This document shows, piece after piece, positions 1 through 11,394 of a DNA stretch of 64,000 bases; position 1 is the stretch's first letter; each line of letters begins with the position of its first letter. The position numbers and the translations under genes were made by a program. Source of the DNA: an uncultured Bacteroidota bacterium (GTDB lineage Bacteria > Bacteroidota > Ignavibacteria > UBA10030 > UBA6906); NCBI GenBank assembly GCA_963700635.1, contig CAVOYH010000004.1:448001-512000 (forward strand), written 5' to 3'. The notes under the pieces are model-generated. The model was not told the DNA's origin and searched no databases. It worked only from the letters and a program-made list of their open reading frames with translations.

Positions 1-1634
1 CGTTCGGCCGTCTGCTGGAGGTAATGCAGGAAAGAATAAGCGCGTTCCAGGCCGGAAGTATCCAGACCTACGTCGATGATCTCGAACAGACCACCCGCAA
101 CGGCGGAACCGTGTGGACACGCACCTGGACACGCTTCCTGATGAACGAGATCACGGAGAGGCTGGAGATTTGCGGAGTGTCCCGTGATCGGACCCTCCAA
201 CGCCAGGACGATGCCATTAAGCGGGAGGGTGATGCACGACTGGATCTGATTCACCGCTGTGCCCATCTGGGCTTCATCGATATCGACTCCACCACGCTGG
301 ACGTGTTCTGGTCTGACGAGACGTTCCGTCTGCTGGGATATCCTCCCCAGGCATTCAAACCGACGCACCGTAATTTTTTTGAACGCGTTCATCCTGACGA
401 TGTGCAGATGGTGCAGGAAGGGATCTCCGCGCTCCTTATGGAAAACGCGATCTCTGACTCCGAATATCGAATCGTCCGGCCCGATGGAGAGATACGGTGG
501 ATGTACGGGAGAAGCGACCTGGTGAAAGACGATAGCGGGTCACCATTACGATATATCACCATACTGTTTGATATCACTGCGCGGAAGCGGGTGGAGGAGG
601 CGTTAAGTGTGAATGAACTCCGCTTCCGTGGTATGACGGAACAACTCGCCGATATGCTCTTTGTGACAGATGGGGCAGGAATTATCACTTACGTCTCGCC
701 GGCGTGCGAGCGTCTGTTCGGAAAAACCCCCGACCAGGTGATCGGATCGGCTTTTATAGAGTTCCTGCCCGAAGACGAGAGGATACCCGTCTCCAACCTG
801 TTCCGGTCAACGGCAGACCGCGACAATCCGGCACACCAGATGGATCTCGTGTTCCGGCATGCGGATGGAACGCTTTTCACGGGGGAACTAAGCGCGTCGG
901 TACTTGTGAAAGGTGGTTCGGTCAATGGCATGATCGGTCTGGTCCGTGATGTTACCGAACGGAAACGCCATGACCAGCAGCTTAAGGCGTCACTCCGGGA
1001 AAAAGAAGTCCTGTTGAAAGAGATCCATCACCGCGTGAAGAACAATTTGCAGATTATCTCCAGCTTGATCAGCCTGCAGGCGAGCAGGGTCAAAGATGAG
1101 GAATCGAGGATGCTTTTCGACGAAAGCCGTTCGCGCATCCGCGCGCTGGCCCTTGTACACGAGCGCCTGTATTGGTCGGAAAGTCTGGCAAGCATCGACT
1201 TCAAGGAATACCTGAAAGGCGTCATTCAAGACCTTGTCCACTCCTCCGGGAATGAACATATTACCATCAACCTTGACGCGGAAATGGTGTCACTCGACAT
1301 CGATCAGGCGATTCCCTGCGGTCTCATCGTGCACGAACTCTGCACCAATGCTCTCAAGCATGCGTTTCGGGACAGACCCGGGGGCACGATATCCGTGTCA
1401 CTCCGTCAATACGCCGGTGGCACCGTTCTCCTTTCTGTGCAGGATGACGGGATCGGCCTTCCTACCGGACTTGATGTGTTTCGGGAGAGTTCGATGGGAA
1501 TGACCCTGGTGACCTCGCTGGTCGATCAGATCGGCGGGTCGCTTTCGGTAGACTGCACCGGCGGCACCGCTTTTACCGTCACCTTCCATCCGCAGGCACG
1601 TACGGAACCGGTCTCGAGTGCGACCCCGGTTTGA
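1..1634 (+). CDS. Multi-PAS sensor histidine kinase (HisKA_2 type), 5' end probably outside the window
   Basis: PAS/PAC motifs (VHPDD...EYRIVRPDGEIRW; YVSPACERLFG), H-box EIHHRVKNNLQ, HATPase motifs ELCTNALKHAF and DDGIGLP. The frame is open from the window edge to the ATG at 24. Confidence 0.9.
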   Translation, partial: FGRLLEVMQERISAFQAGSIQTYVDDLEQTTRNGGTVWTRTWTRFLMNEITERLEICGVSRDRTLQRQDDAIKREGDARLDLIHRCAHLGFIDIDSTTLDVFWSDETFRLLGYPPQAFKPTHRNFFERVHPDDVQMVQEGISALLMENAISDSEYRIVRPDGEIRWMYGRSDLVKDDSGSPLRYITILFDITARKRVEEALSVNELRFRGMTEQLADMLFVTDGAGIITYVSPACERLFGKTPDQVIGSAFIEFLPEDERIPVSNLFRSTADRDNPAHQMDLVFRHADGTLFTGELSASVLVKGGSVNGMIGLVRDVTERKRHDQQLKASLREKEVLLKEIHHRVKNNLQIISSLISLQASRVKDEESRMLFDESRSRIRALALVHERLYWSESLASIDFKEYLKGVIQDLVHSSGNEHITINLDAEMVSLDIDQAIPCGLIVHELCTNALKHAFRDRPGGTISVSLRQYAGGTVLLSVQDDGIGLPTGLDVFRESSMGMTLVTSLVDQIGGSLSVDCTGGTAFTVTFHPQARTEPVSSATPV

Positions 1635-1691
1635 CCCCCCTTCACTTTTTTCGTATTTTAAGAAGTTGACCATGTTATCACCAGGAACCCC

Positions 1692-3374
1692 ATGTCTCTG
1701 ACCGAAAAGACCGATTTTATACGCGATATCATCGCAGAAGATCTCCATTCCAACAAATATCAGGGGCGCGTCCATACGCGTTTTCCCCCGGAACCGAATG
1801 GATACCTTCATATCGGGCATGCGAAATCGATAAATCTAAACTACGGCATTGCCAGGGAGAATCCGGGCGGAATCTGCAACCTGCGCTTCGACGACACAAA
1901 TCCTGAAAAGGAAGAGCAGGAGTACGTGGATTCTATCATTGCCGATGTCCGCTGGATTGCCGGGCGTATTGACCCGAAGGTTCTCTATGCCTCGGACTAT
2001 TTCGAGCAGATGTATGCGTGGGCGATTGATCTCGTACAAAAAGGGAAGGCCTATGTGTGTGACCTGAACGCCGAAGAGATTCGCGAATCCCGCGGGACGC
2101 TGACGGAGCCCGGCACAGATAGTCCATACAGAACCCGCAGTGTCGAAGAAAATCTTGATCTGCTTTCACGTATGCGCAAAGGCGAATTCCCTGATGGCGC
2201 ACGAACCCTCCGGGCGAAGATCGACATGGCCTCACCGAATATCAATCTTCGCGACCCGATCATGTACCGGATCGTTCACGAGCACCATCACCGTCAGGGG
2301 AGCACGTGGTGCATCTATCCGACGTACGATTGGGCGCATGGACTTGAGGATTCCATCGAAGGTATAACTCACTCCATCTGTACTCTGGAATTCGAGAACC
2401 ACCGGCCTTTGTACGACTGGTTTCTGGACGCACTGGAGATCTACCATCCGCAGCAAATAGAATTTGCAAGGCTCAATCTCAGTTACACCGTGCTCAGTAA
2501 ACGCCGGCTCCTGGAGCTTGTCCAGGGGCACCACGTAACCGGTTGGGATGATCCGCGTATGCCGACCATCGCCGGGTATCGCCGCCGCGGATATACCGCC
2601 GAGGCCATCCGAACATTCTGCGAGAAGATTGGTGTATCAAAAAAGGACAGTATCATCGATGTGGCGCTGCTGGAGTGGAGTATCCGGGAAGATCTGAACA
2701 AGCATGCACAGCGGGTGATGGCCGTTCTTCATCCCCTCAAGGTTGTCATTACAAACTACCCGGAGGGAACCAGCGAAGAACTTCCGGCACTGAACAACCC
2801 GGAAGATGAGAGTGCCGGGACACGGCTCATACCGTTCTCCCGGGAAATGTACATTGACCATGACGACTTCCGCGAGGTTCCTCCCCCAAAATATCACCGA
2901 CTCTCTCCCGGTAAGGAGGTGCGACTGCGCGCCGCGTATATCATCAAGTGTGAAAACGTGGTAAAGGATGCGGCCGGAAAGATTGTTGAGCTGCACTGCA
3001 CGTACGATCCCGAGACGAAGAGCGGAGGTCCGGCGGCCAACCGGAAAGTGAAGGGCACAATACACTGGGTCTCCGCCCCGCACGCAGTCGATGGGGAGGT
3101 ACGCCTGTACGACCGTCTTTTTCTCAAGGAAGACCCCAATGAAGACGGGAGTTTTCTTTCAAACCTCAACCCTGATTCGCTGCAGATTCTGTCCGGATGC
3201 AAGCTGGAGCCCATGCTCGGATCAGCGGCGCCAGGAGAGAGATTTCAATTCGAACGTGTGGGATATTTCTGCGTGGATTCCGCACGGACCGATTCGGGGG
3301 CGCCCGTATTCAACCGCACAGTGACGCTCCGGGATACGTGGGCAAAGATTGCACAAAGGGGAGCGGGGGTCTAA
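1692..3374 (+). CDS. glnS: Glutamine--tRNA ligase
   Basis: [17 protein letters not shown] (HIGH), [79 protein letters not shown]. Confidence 0.97.
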   Translation: MSLTEKTDFIRDIIAEDLHSNKYQGRVHTRFPPEPNGYLHIGHAKSINLNYGIARENPGGICNLRFDDTNPEKEEQEYVDSIIADVRWIAGRIDPKVLYASDYFEQMYAWAIDLVQKGKAYVCDLNAEEIRESRGTLTEPGTDSPYRTRSVEENLDLLSRMRKGEFPDGARTLRAKIDMASPNINLRDPIMYRIVHEHHHRQGSTWCIYPTYDWAHGLEDSIEGITHSICTLEFENHRPLYDWFLDALEIYHPQQIEFARLNLSYTVLSKRRLLELVQGHHVTGWDDPRMPTIAGYRRRGYTAEAIRTFCEKIGVSKKDSIIDVALLEWSIREDLNKHAQRVMAVLHPLKVVITNYPEGTSEELPALNNPEDESAGTRLIPFSREMYIDHDDFREVPPPKYHRLSPGKEVRLRAAYIIKCENVVKDAAGKIVELHCTYDPETKSGGPAANRKVKGTIHWVSAPHAVDGEVRLYDRLFLKEDPNEDGSFLSNLNPDSLQILSGCKLEPMLGSAAPGERFQFERVGYFCVDSARTDSGAPVFNRTVTLRDTWAKIAQRGAGV

Positions 3375-4757
3375 CGCCGGTACCGCGAAATAAACTCCTC
3401 GACTTCCGGGATCCCTCCCTGAAAAATGAGATATCCGTTGCTCGGCTCACGATCGGTAATCTCCCCTGCAACAGGTGTCATCATGATCTCCCTCACCTTC
3501 TCGACAGGTCGTCTGCTTTGGCCGAGTGCCCATCCCAGTTTCATGTACGCGACCTCCGGGAGCATGTTGGCTCCCGGGATAACGCCCAGTTCCATCATGT
3601 CGCGCCCCGTGTCATAGACATACATCTGAACATACCCCCACAACGTCTGAACAGTCATGTACACGGCAATCCCCTTCTGATGGGCCTCTTCGTAAGGAGG
3701 GATAGAGGGGTTTGTTAACATGGCCGAGCCCCGTGCCCGCGATGACGATCCCCCGGTACCCGTTGTCAATCAACGACTCGATAATGTCCGGCTTCATATT
3801 CGGGTAGTAGTACACGATTGAGACTTTTTCCTCGAACGCCGTATTGACGACAACCCGGTGGTCATCCCGCCGCCTCCGGTAGTCCTGGCGAAGCGGGGTG
3901 ATACGGTCCCGGCTGACCATGGCGAGCGGAATATCGCCGATCGTACGAAACGTGGAACGGTAGCTGGAATGCATTTTGCGTACCCGGGTCCCGCGGTGCA
4001 GAAGACCGTACTCATCGGAGGTCGGACCAAACATGCACACCGTAATCTCCGCGATGTCACTTTCCGCGGCAGTTTTCACGCTGTGCATGAGATTCAATGC
4101 CGCATCCGAGGAAGGGCGATCACTCGAGCGTTGTGAGCCGACCATGACGACAGGGACCGGGGAATCCTGGATCATGAAGGAGAGGATGGCCGCCGTATGA
4201 TGCATGGTGTCCGTCCCGTGCCCGATAACAATACCCTGAACCCCTTTTTCGATCTCACGTCCGATGGCCTGTGCTGTACCGATCCATTGTTCAGGCCCCA
4301 TATTCTCACTGAAGACGCCATACAGTTTTTCTGTTTCCAGATTGCAGATGTCGGCGAGTTCCGGCACGGAACCATATAATTCACCGGGCGAAAAGGCGGG
4401 GATAACCGCACCGGTGCGGTAATCCAACCGGCTTGCTATGGTGCCGCCCGTCCCCAGGAGTTTTACGCGCGGTTTCTGCGGGTCGTACGGAAATTCCTTT
4501 TCGGGGATCTTATAGTGGGCCTCCTTGCGTCCGTGGACGCTGATCTGTTGAACACCGGACGCTGCGATGCCGACATTGTATCCGCTTCGGAGTTTCAAGA
4601 CGATGTGGTGGGGATCAGCAGTTTCTGATCTCGGGAGCACAATGCCGACAAATACACCGTTCGCCGTATGGATCTCCACATCGCTCCAGACCTGCGCGCC
4701 ATATGCCTTCAATGTCGAAAGCGCTTCCTCGCGATACCCTCTGAAATCGCCGTTCAT
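3371..4757 (-). CDS. gatD: Glu-tRNA(Gln) amidotransferase subunit D (archaeal-type GatD), split by a single-base frameshift near 3685
   Basis: GatD N-domain ([13 protein letters not shown]), [54 protein letters not shown]. The C-terminus ([10 protein letters not shown]...VYDTGR...[16 protein letters not shown]) lies in ORF 3371..3769. The ATG at 4757 overlaps the gatE stop (ATGA). Confidence 0.9.
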
Positions 4758-6670
4758 GTCCGGTTCTCCATAAGGAGTGCGACAATCAGTTCTGCGACCT
4801 GCGCGCCCTCGACCCTGCCTCGTAGCTTCTGCATCACGCATCCCATCAGGACTGTCGCCGTGTGCTCTGGGTGACGGATGTGTATGCCTGTTATGTGTTC
4901 TTTGCACGACGTGATGACCGAATCCAGCTCGTCACCCGTACATCTGCCCGGGAGTTGTTCCCTGGAAAATGCCCTGCCTTCGGCGATGCCACGGAGGGCG
5001 GGGAGTACACCTTCGCGGGTTAGCACGCCGTCTCTCAACGCACAGAGAAGCTCCTGCATCTGCTCGCGTGTAAATGTTTGGGGACGGCCCAGTGACCGTG
5101 TGACACGTTTGGGAAGCTGGATAAGAATGACGGCGACAGCCGTAGGCCGGAGTCGCCAAGCCGTGACGGCTTCGGCAAAGAGATCTGCGTAGTGTGAAAT
5201 GCTCAATGGACCCACACAATCTTCTGGAATGTGCAGCGAACGGTACCACTGTTCGCGTTCCCAGACCGGTTGGGGGACGTTTGCACGAATACGTGCGAGC
5301 CGTTCGGCCGAGATGCGCAGTGGCGGGAGATCCGTATCAGGGTACATCCGGTTAGGTCCGGGCAGGATACGTTCAAATCCGTTGGTACCATCCCGGAGCG
5401 CCTGCCTGGTTTCGGATGGGACGCCGTGGGTCGCCTCTTGCGCCCGGATGATGATCTCGGCCGCTCCGGCAGGTCCATCCTGTTTGCTGCCCCAGACGAG
5501 GACCAGTGCATCGTCTTCTGCCGCATTGAGTGTGCGTCGCACACTTTGCCATTCGGATGAGGCGAGTGTTTCGCTCGGACTGTCGGAGTGGATAATGTTG
5601 GGCAGTGTTGTAAGGCAGGCAACCACCCGAACACGATCGGAAATTTCCCTGGAGAAATATGTGTCAGTTTGTGTCTGCCACCGCAGGAGATCCCTGAAAC
5701 CAAAAAGCGCGACAGCGTAGACGAACTTGCCCCCCGCGATTGCGTCCCGTATGGGCTGGTAGAGGGTCCGCCGCAGAAGTTTGGTGACGTCTTCCGTGTG
5801 TGAGCGAAATGTTTCCGAGGTAATACCACGGCGGTGCAACTCGTCGCGAAGCCGGAGGAGCTGGACCTGACGCATGGCTTCATGATAGGTCAGAAGGGGG
5901 ATATCCGGGATACGCGGGACACCTTTGATTTCGATCCGCGTTCCGCCTGTCACGCTGACGTTTACGTCCTGTCGCGCGGCCCCGGCACCCGTGCGGACCT
6001 TTCCCGTACTCCGGACCAGCTGCCGGAGGATCTGCGCCACCTCGGCAACTTCAGCCGGCGTGTGCATGTCGGGGGCAGTGACGGTTTCAATCAGCGGCAT
6101 CCCGAGCCGGTCGGTAAGATACGTCCGCCGGTGGCCGACATCGCTGACCTCACGGCAGGCGTCCTCTTCGAGTCCAAGCTGGAGAATGCGGATATGCCGG
6201 TCCTTATAGGGTGTTGAGCCTTCCACCCCCACGATGGTGGTGCGTTGAAACCCGGTGGGGATACTGCCGTCGAGATATTGTTTCCGGGCAATGTGAATCT
6301 CATCAACCATCGTGCATCCGTACAGCATTGCTACTTCGAGGGCGATGTCCAGAGCCTCCGGGTTGAGCTCAAAAGGGGGGGTGTCGTCCATTTCATACGT
6401 GCACACCGTGTCGCGATGAATAAGATAAATGATCTCCTTCTTCGTCTTAAATTCCATCAGGGCCGTGCCGTCATATTCCCCCAATTCCGACAGCGTGGGC
6501 CGCATATGCCGCAAAATCTCCGCGTTACATTCATCGCTGTAGCGTCCGGATGGGCACCGGCAGAACAGCTTCTTTGATGTCAGGAGTTGCTGATGGATTT
6601 CCAGACCGGATTTGAAACCGATGGCCGCATAGTCTGCTTCGGTCATCTCGTGGAACGGCTTGAGAGTCAT
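4754..6670 (-). CDS. gatE: Glu-tRNA(Gln) amidotransferase subunit E (archaeal-type GatE)
   Basis: GLEIHQQL..KKLFCRCP, RPTLSELGEYD, EMDDTPP, RKQYLDGSIPTGFQRT, LEEDA, DRLGMPLIETVTAPD, RSTGKV...RQDVNVSV.GG.RIEIKGV, an insertion domain (IIHSD) and GVPSETR...LPGPNRMYPDTDLPP. At 638 aa it is longer than GatB. Confidence 0.93.
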   Translation of the reverse strand: MTLKPFHEMTEADYAAIGFKSGLEIHQQLLTSKKLFCRCPSGRYSDECNAEILRHMRPTLSELGEYDGTALMEFKTKKEIIYLIHRDTVCTYEMDDTPPFELNPEALDIALEVAMLYGCTMVDEIHIARKQYLDGSIPTGFQRTTIVGVEGSTPYKDRHIRILQLGLEEDACREVSDVGHRRTYLTDRLGMPLIETVTAPDMHTPAEVAEVAQILRQLVRSTGKVRTGAGAARQDVNVSVTGGTRIEIKGVPRIPDIPLLTYHEAMRQVQLLRLRDELHRRGITSETFRSHTEDVTKLLRRTLYQPIRDAIAGGKFVYAVALFGFRDLLRWQTQTDTYFSREISDRVRVVACLTTLPNIIHSDSPSETLASSEWQSVRRTLNAAEDDALVLVWGSKQDGPAGAAEIIIRAQEATHGVPSETRQALRDGTNGFERILPGPNRMYPDTDLPPLRISAERLARIRANVPQPVWEREQWYRSLHIPEDCVGPLSISHYADLFAEAVTAWRLRPTAVAVILIQLPKRVTRSLGRPQTFTREQMQELLCALRDGVLTREGVLPALRGIAEGRAFSREQLPGRCTGDELDSVITSCKEHITGIHIRHPEHTATVLMGCVMQKLRGRVEGAQVAELIVALLMENRT

Positions 6671-6819
6671 GGGGTGTTTGTCCAGGACAGGCGTAAGGAT
6701 ATTTTCTAAAGGTCCACAAACAAACCAGGAAATGCAACCTCCCCTTGCTAATGCTTCTTTTCGTCCCTAAGTTATTTTGATCCATCACTCATCCCCAGAC
6801 ACTTCGTTGAACCAAGTCC

Positions 6820-8719
6820 ATGACACCCAACGCGCTCACTGCACTTCTTGAGAATATCCGGCACGCCAGAATCGGGATACTCGGCGATTTTTTTCTGGAC
6901 GTGTACCTTCTCCTTGATCCGGCAGCATCCGAAGTATCCGTTGAGACCGGCCTTGCCACGCGGGCAGTTCGGAGTCAGCGGTACTTCCTCGGCGGGGCAG
7001 GAAATGTCGCCAGCAACCTGCTGGCCATGGGAGCGGGGCAGCTGTCTGTCTTCGGCGTCATCGGCCGCGACCCCTTCGGCGCAGAAATGCAGAGTATGAT
7101 GTCGGAGCAGGGTGTCAAGACGGACGGTCTCCTTGTCCAGCGGGAGACCTGGGACACCCACGTGTACACAAAGCCACACGAACGGGAGCATGAGCAGCAC
7201 CGGATTGACTTTGGTAACTTTAACCAGTTGCAGGCCTCGACCGGTCGCCAGCTTCTCGAGCTTCTCGAAAACGCTCTGCCTACGCTTGACCTCGTCGTTA
7301 TCAATCAGCAGGCTATCCGTGGACTTCACTCCGCCGAATTTCGCCAGGGATTGACCGAGCTTATACAGCGGCATCCGGAATTCCGGTTTATCGTGGACTC
7401 GCGCCATTACTCCGATGTGTACGCCGGAGCGATGCGCAAGGTGAATGTTCTCGAAGCGTCCCGGTTGTCCCGGGTGCAGGCGGCAAGGGGCGACTCCCCG
7501 GATGGATCCTCCATTGAGACACTTGCGCGGGAGCTGTTTGAGCGCTGGGGAAAACCGCTTTTCCTGACGCGGGGCGAACACGGGTGCAGCGTCTGTGACG
7601 ATTCAGGATATAGAGAGATACCGGGTCTGCTTATACTGTCGCCAGTGGATCCCGTGGGTGCCGGAGACAGCATGCTCGCCGGGATCGCTGCAGCCCTGGC
7701 GACGGGGGCAGAACCGTACACAGCAGCCGAACTCGGCGACACTCGTGGCAGGCGTGACGGTCCAGAAGTTGATGCAGACGGGCACCGCATCGCCCGAGGA
7801 AATCCTCAAGTTAGGCACCGATCCTGATTTCCGTTACAAACCCGATCTGGCCCGGCAGCCTCGCAAGGCAACGTACCGGCCCGGTACCAACATCGAGATT
7901 GTCTCGATTCTTCCGGAACGCCGTCGGTTTACGCATGTCATCTTCGATCACGATGGGACACTGTCGACGTTGCGGCAGGGGTGGGAAGATATCATGGAAC
8001 CCATGATGACCCGGGCTATTCTTGGAGACAAGGCACACGACGTGGATGAGACACTCTACAACGAAGTTCGAAGTGCCGTCAGAGATTTTATTGATAAAAC
8101 AACGGGTATCCAGACTCTGGTCCAGATGCGGGGGCTCATCAATCTTGTGCGGCGCTTCAGGTGTGTTCCGGAAGGTTCCATTCTGGACGAGGCAGGGTAC
8201 AAGAGCATCTACAACGAGGAGCTTCTCGGCATGGTCAATGGCCGGATTACGCAGCTAGCGAAGGGAGAGCTGGATGTCGAGGATTTCACTATCAAGAACG
8301 CCGGAGCGTTGCTTCGCGAGCTTTCTTTGCGGGATGTTGAACTGTATCTCGCCAGCGGCACGGACCACGATGATGTTGTACGTGAGACAGAGATGCTGGG
8401 ATATCGAAACCTGTTCGGCGGCAGGATCTATGGTGCAGTCGGGGATGTGACGAAAGAAGCAAAACGTATGGTGCTTGAACGGATCATGAACGATATCGGG
8501 GATGCAGCGCACGAACGCATTCTGACATTCGGGGACGGTCCGGTCGAGGTTCGTGAGACCCACAAACGCGGCGGGTATGCGGTTGGTGTGGCGAGTAATG
8601 AGATCCGGCGTTACGGACAGGATCTACAGAAGCGGCGAAGACTCATCGAGGCTGGTGCCGATCTGATCATTCCGGATTTCTGTCAATTGGATTCGCTCGT
8701 CCAACTTCTGTTCCCGTGA
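6820..8719 (+). CDS. PfkB/HldE(RfaE)-like sugar kinase fused to a HAD hydrolase, split by a frameshift near 7736
   Basis: GDFFLDVY, LGGAGNVASNL, LTRGEHG, VDPVGAGDS (PfkB). Removing one base gives AELATLVAGVTVQK, which continues into the HAD domain (IFDHDGTLSTL, LASGT, FGDGPVE, GADLIIPDF). Confidence 0.8.
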
Positions 8720-8745
8720 TTGACTCTCCCTCCTCGCATGCGCGT

Positions 8746-9495
8746 CTATTCTGCGGAGAGTTCGACGATCTGCACAGAGATATTGTCCGATCCACCCCGT
8801 GCGTTCGCCAGTGACACCAGTTCGAGCACCCCTTCGTCCGGCGGCGTCCGCACGACGACTTCATGGATTTCGCCTTCTTCCACATGATTGGTCAGACCAT
8901 CCGTGCAGAGGACAAATCGAATCCCCCGCATCAGCTCCAGCGGCCCCACGAGCTCCATGTCCACATGTGGGTGCAGGCCAAGGGCGCGTGTGAGAAGATT
9001 TCGCTCAGGATGGATCCGCGCCTGGTCACGTGTGATCACACCGCGGGAATACAGGTCCCATACCCGAGTGTGATCTGTCGTGATCTGGCGAATATGACTC
9101 TCTGTGACCAGAAAGGCCTTGCTGTCCCCGACGTGGGCAACCCACGCCGAAGATCCCTGTAGCACGAGAACGGTGCATGTTGTTCCCATCCCAGAGAATG
9201 CCGGGGAAGAGGACCCCTTCTGGTACACGCTGCTGTTTGCTTCATTCATGGCAGAGGAGAGGAGACCTGGCAGAGCGTCCGATTCGGCGCCGGAAAAGGT
9301 TGAGATGATGGTCGATACTGCCAGCTCGCTGGCATGGCGGCCAGCACGATGGCCACCCATACCGTCAGCCACAACGAAGAGGACACCTCTGGAGTCTTCG
9401 AGGGTTGTTGTCGCCTCCGGAGTCATTCCCAGAGTGTCCTGATTCTCGGATCGCACCAATCCTCTGTCGGAGTGCTGACCATAGCGGATCTTCAT
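8746..9495 (-). CDS. PP2C-family Ser/Thr protein phosphatase (Stp1/PrpC-like)
   Basis: SDRGLVRSENQD, VADGMGGH, GMGTT, AHVGDS, RNLLTRALG, LCTDGL, GGSDNIS. Confidence 0.93.
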   Translation of the reverse strand: MKIRYGQHSDRGLVRSENQDTLGMTPEATTTLEDSRGVLFVVADGMGGHRAGRHASELAVSTIISTFSGAESDALPGLLSSAMNEANSSVYQKGSSSPAFSGMGTTCTVLVLQGSSAWVAHVGDSKAFLVTESHIRQITTDHTRVWDLYSRGVITRDQARIHPERNLLTRALGLHPHVDMELVGPLELMRGIRFVLCTDGLTNHVEEGEIHEVVVRTPPDEGVLELVSLANARGGSDNISVQIVELSAE

Positions 9496-9691
9496 AACAA
9501 CACCACGGAAATTCTTGCGGCACGGTGGGTGGATACCATGCGGATACGCTCCTTTGATCGTCGGTGACTCCGGGTGTCGGCCCGGCAGGGTGCGGCGCTC
9601 TTAGTCTTAGCGTGGCCCATCATGAATTGAATGTACCAAAGAAAGAACGGAGATTCAAAGTCCCCCCGAGTGGAGAAGGGCGGCATGCGTG

Positions 9692-9730
9692 ATGCCGGTG
9701 TGACCTGGAAGCAAACCCAGACACACCGGC
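9692..9730. terminator. Stem-loop downstream of the Omp85-like gene
   Basis: TGCCGGTGTG...CACACCGGCA inverted repeat with an inner CTGG/CCAG pair. No clear U-tract. Confidence 0.4.
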
Positions 9731-9748
9731 AATACCAGGAAATGCAGA

Positions 9749-11394
9749 TTAGAAAGGTCTGCTGAAACGAAGAATAAATCGCGCAGGTTCACTCTTGTCC
9801 GTGCGCCAAACGACCGCAGCCCGTACGGACCCGCTGACGTTGGCGATGCCGACGCCCACATCGCTCCTCAGGTCGTTCCACCGGATACCCCCGAACCCGG
9901 ACAACGCGGAGACGTCTGGAGCAACGGTACGCACGACACCGGCATCGGCGAGGAGTATGAAGTTAATATGCCGGAGCAGCCAGCTGGGCCAGAACGAAAG
10001 ATCGTGTAACACATCTCCGTTAAGCAGATATTCGGCGTTCAGGAGGATCATCCTGTTCGCGCCTGTACTATCCCCCGGGAACGAGGAAAACCCGAAGGCG
10101 GGAATCGTCCCGGGCCACCCAGCTCATACGTCTTCTGACGGGGCAGCAGTCCGTGGGCGGTGCCTGCACGCAGACGCATGTTCAACCGATCATAGGATCC
10201 CAGGGGCTGATAACGTCGCACTTCAACCACATATTTTTCGAACTCAAATTCGCCGCCAAAAACACGCGGGTTGGAGAATTCCGTAAACGCGTAGGCGGTC
10301 CAGCCCCGAGGGATTTTTGATTCGCTGATTGCAGAGCTGACTCCCAGATTTGCGGTGATGCTGCGCATGCGACCGTCATCTATCTGAGGATTTGGCCGAA
10401 ACGTCCGGGCTCCGCCAAAAAGTGCCCAGGAGGTGTTGTCAGCAACGGAGGCATAACGATCGGCAAGGAACGAGAGTTTGGCTTCGGCGAAGACGTCAGT
10501 TGTTCGGTAGTACGCCGCAACATGAGCAGTGAATCCCTCGCGCTGAAAATAGTCCCGATAGTCAGCACGAAGGAAAAACGCAGCCGCACTGTTCTCGGCC
10601 TGTCCGATGATCCATGGATCCTTGGTGTCGGTGAGAGAGTATCCTTCGACCCCGGCTTCCAGAAGCCAGGCATCGGAATCTGAAGGGAGGGCAATTTGGC
10701 GGGCGATACCGATATTTCCACGCCAACGGTGTGAAACAAATCCATACCCCACAGACCCAAATGCATTAAACTCACGTTCCCCCGCCCAGTTGTATTTCTT
10801 CGGGGTGCCCAGGCCCACAAAGAGCCCTTCTACACGGTTATACCTGAGAAAGAACGGTGTGGTAGTCCATGTCTCGCTTGCCCAGGGTAACGGGCGGCGG
10901 ATTGGGTGGAATGTCAATCTGGACTCCTCAAAGGTGCCGGTCCTGGGGCTTCGGGATTGCTCAAGAGTTCCTATGATAGCAGCATCCTGATCGCGTAAAA
11001 GTGTGGTTTCCCTCAACCGGACATTACCGGTGATCCGCGACCCCGGACGCATGGAAATTGTCCCTCCTCGGGCGACGATGTCTCCATCCAGCATCCCCGA
11101 GATGCTCAGAACAGCGTGGTCCAGGAAAATTGACCCGCGCAAGGTGTCTCCGGTCTGAATGGTAGTGTCCGAGCGAATTATGCGCGTGTGCATCATGCCC
11201 GTTGAGTCAATTGCCGGCAGCCGATTTTCTGGCGAAAAGTCGTCAAAAATTGTCTTCATGAAACGGTCGAATCCGACCTCAAATCGGGTCCAGAAATCGT
11301 CCGGAAGTCCCTCGTTGTTTCTGCCTTGTGAAAAGCACATGGAGGACGAGAGAAGCAGCAGAAGTCCCCACACGAAAGGTCTGGAACTTTTCAT
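9749..11394 (-). CDS. Outer-membrane beta-barrel protein (Omp85/BamA-TamA-like) with an N-terminal beta-helix segment, split by a frameshift near 10110
   Basis: Signal peptide, RYNRVEGLFVG, alternating beta-strands and YELGG.GT-like loop. The C-terminal part (MILLNAEY...DAG...SDVGVG...FILRFSRPF, terminal Phe) lies in ORF 9749..10051. Confidence 0.7.

Noticed and set aside
3670-3700. Programmed ribosomal frameshift in gatD
   Set aside because: No slippery heptamer or obvious stimulatory structure. Two similar indels in unrelated nearby genes favour sequencing error.
4754-6670. Ordinary bacterial gatB with a separate L-asparaginase
   Set aside because: The length, the insertion domain, GatE-specific motifs and the GatD N-terminal domain of the partner all indicate GatDE. 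No gatA or gatC is adjacent.
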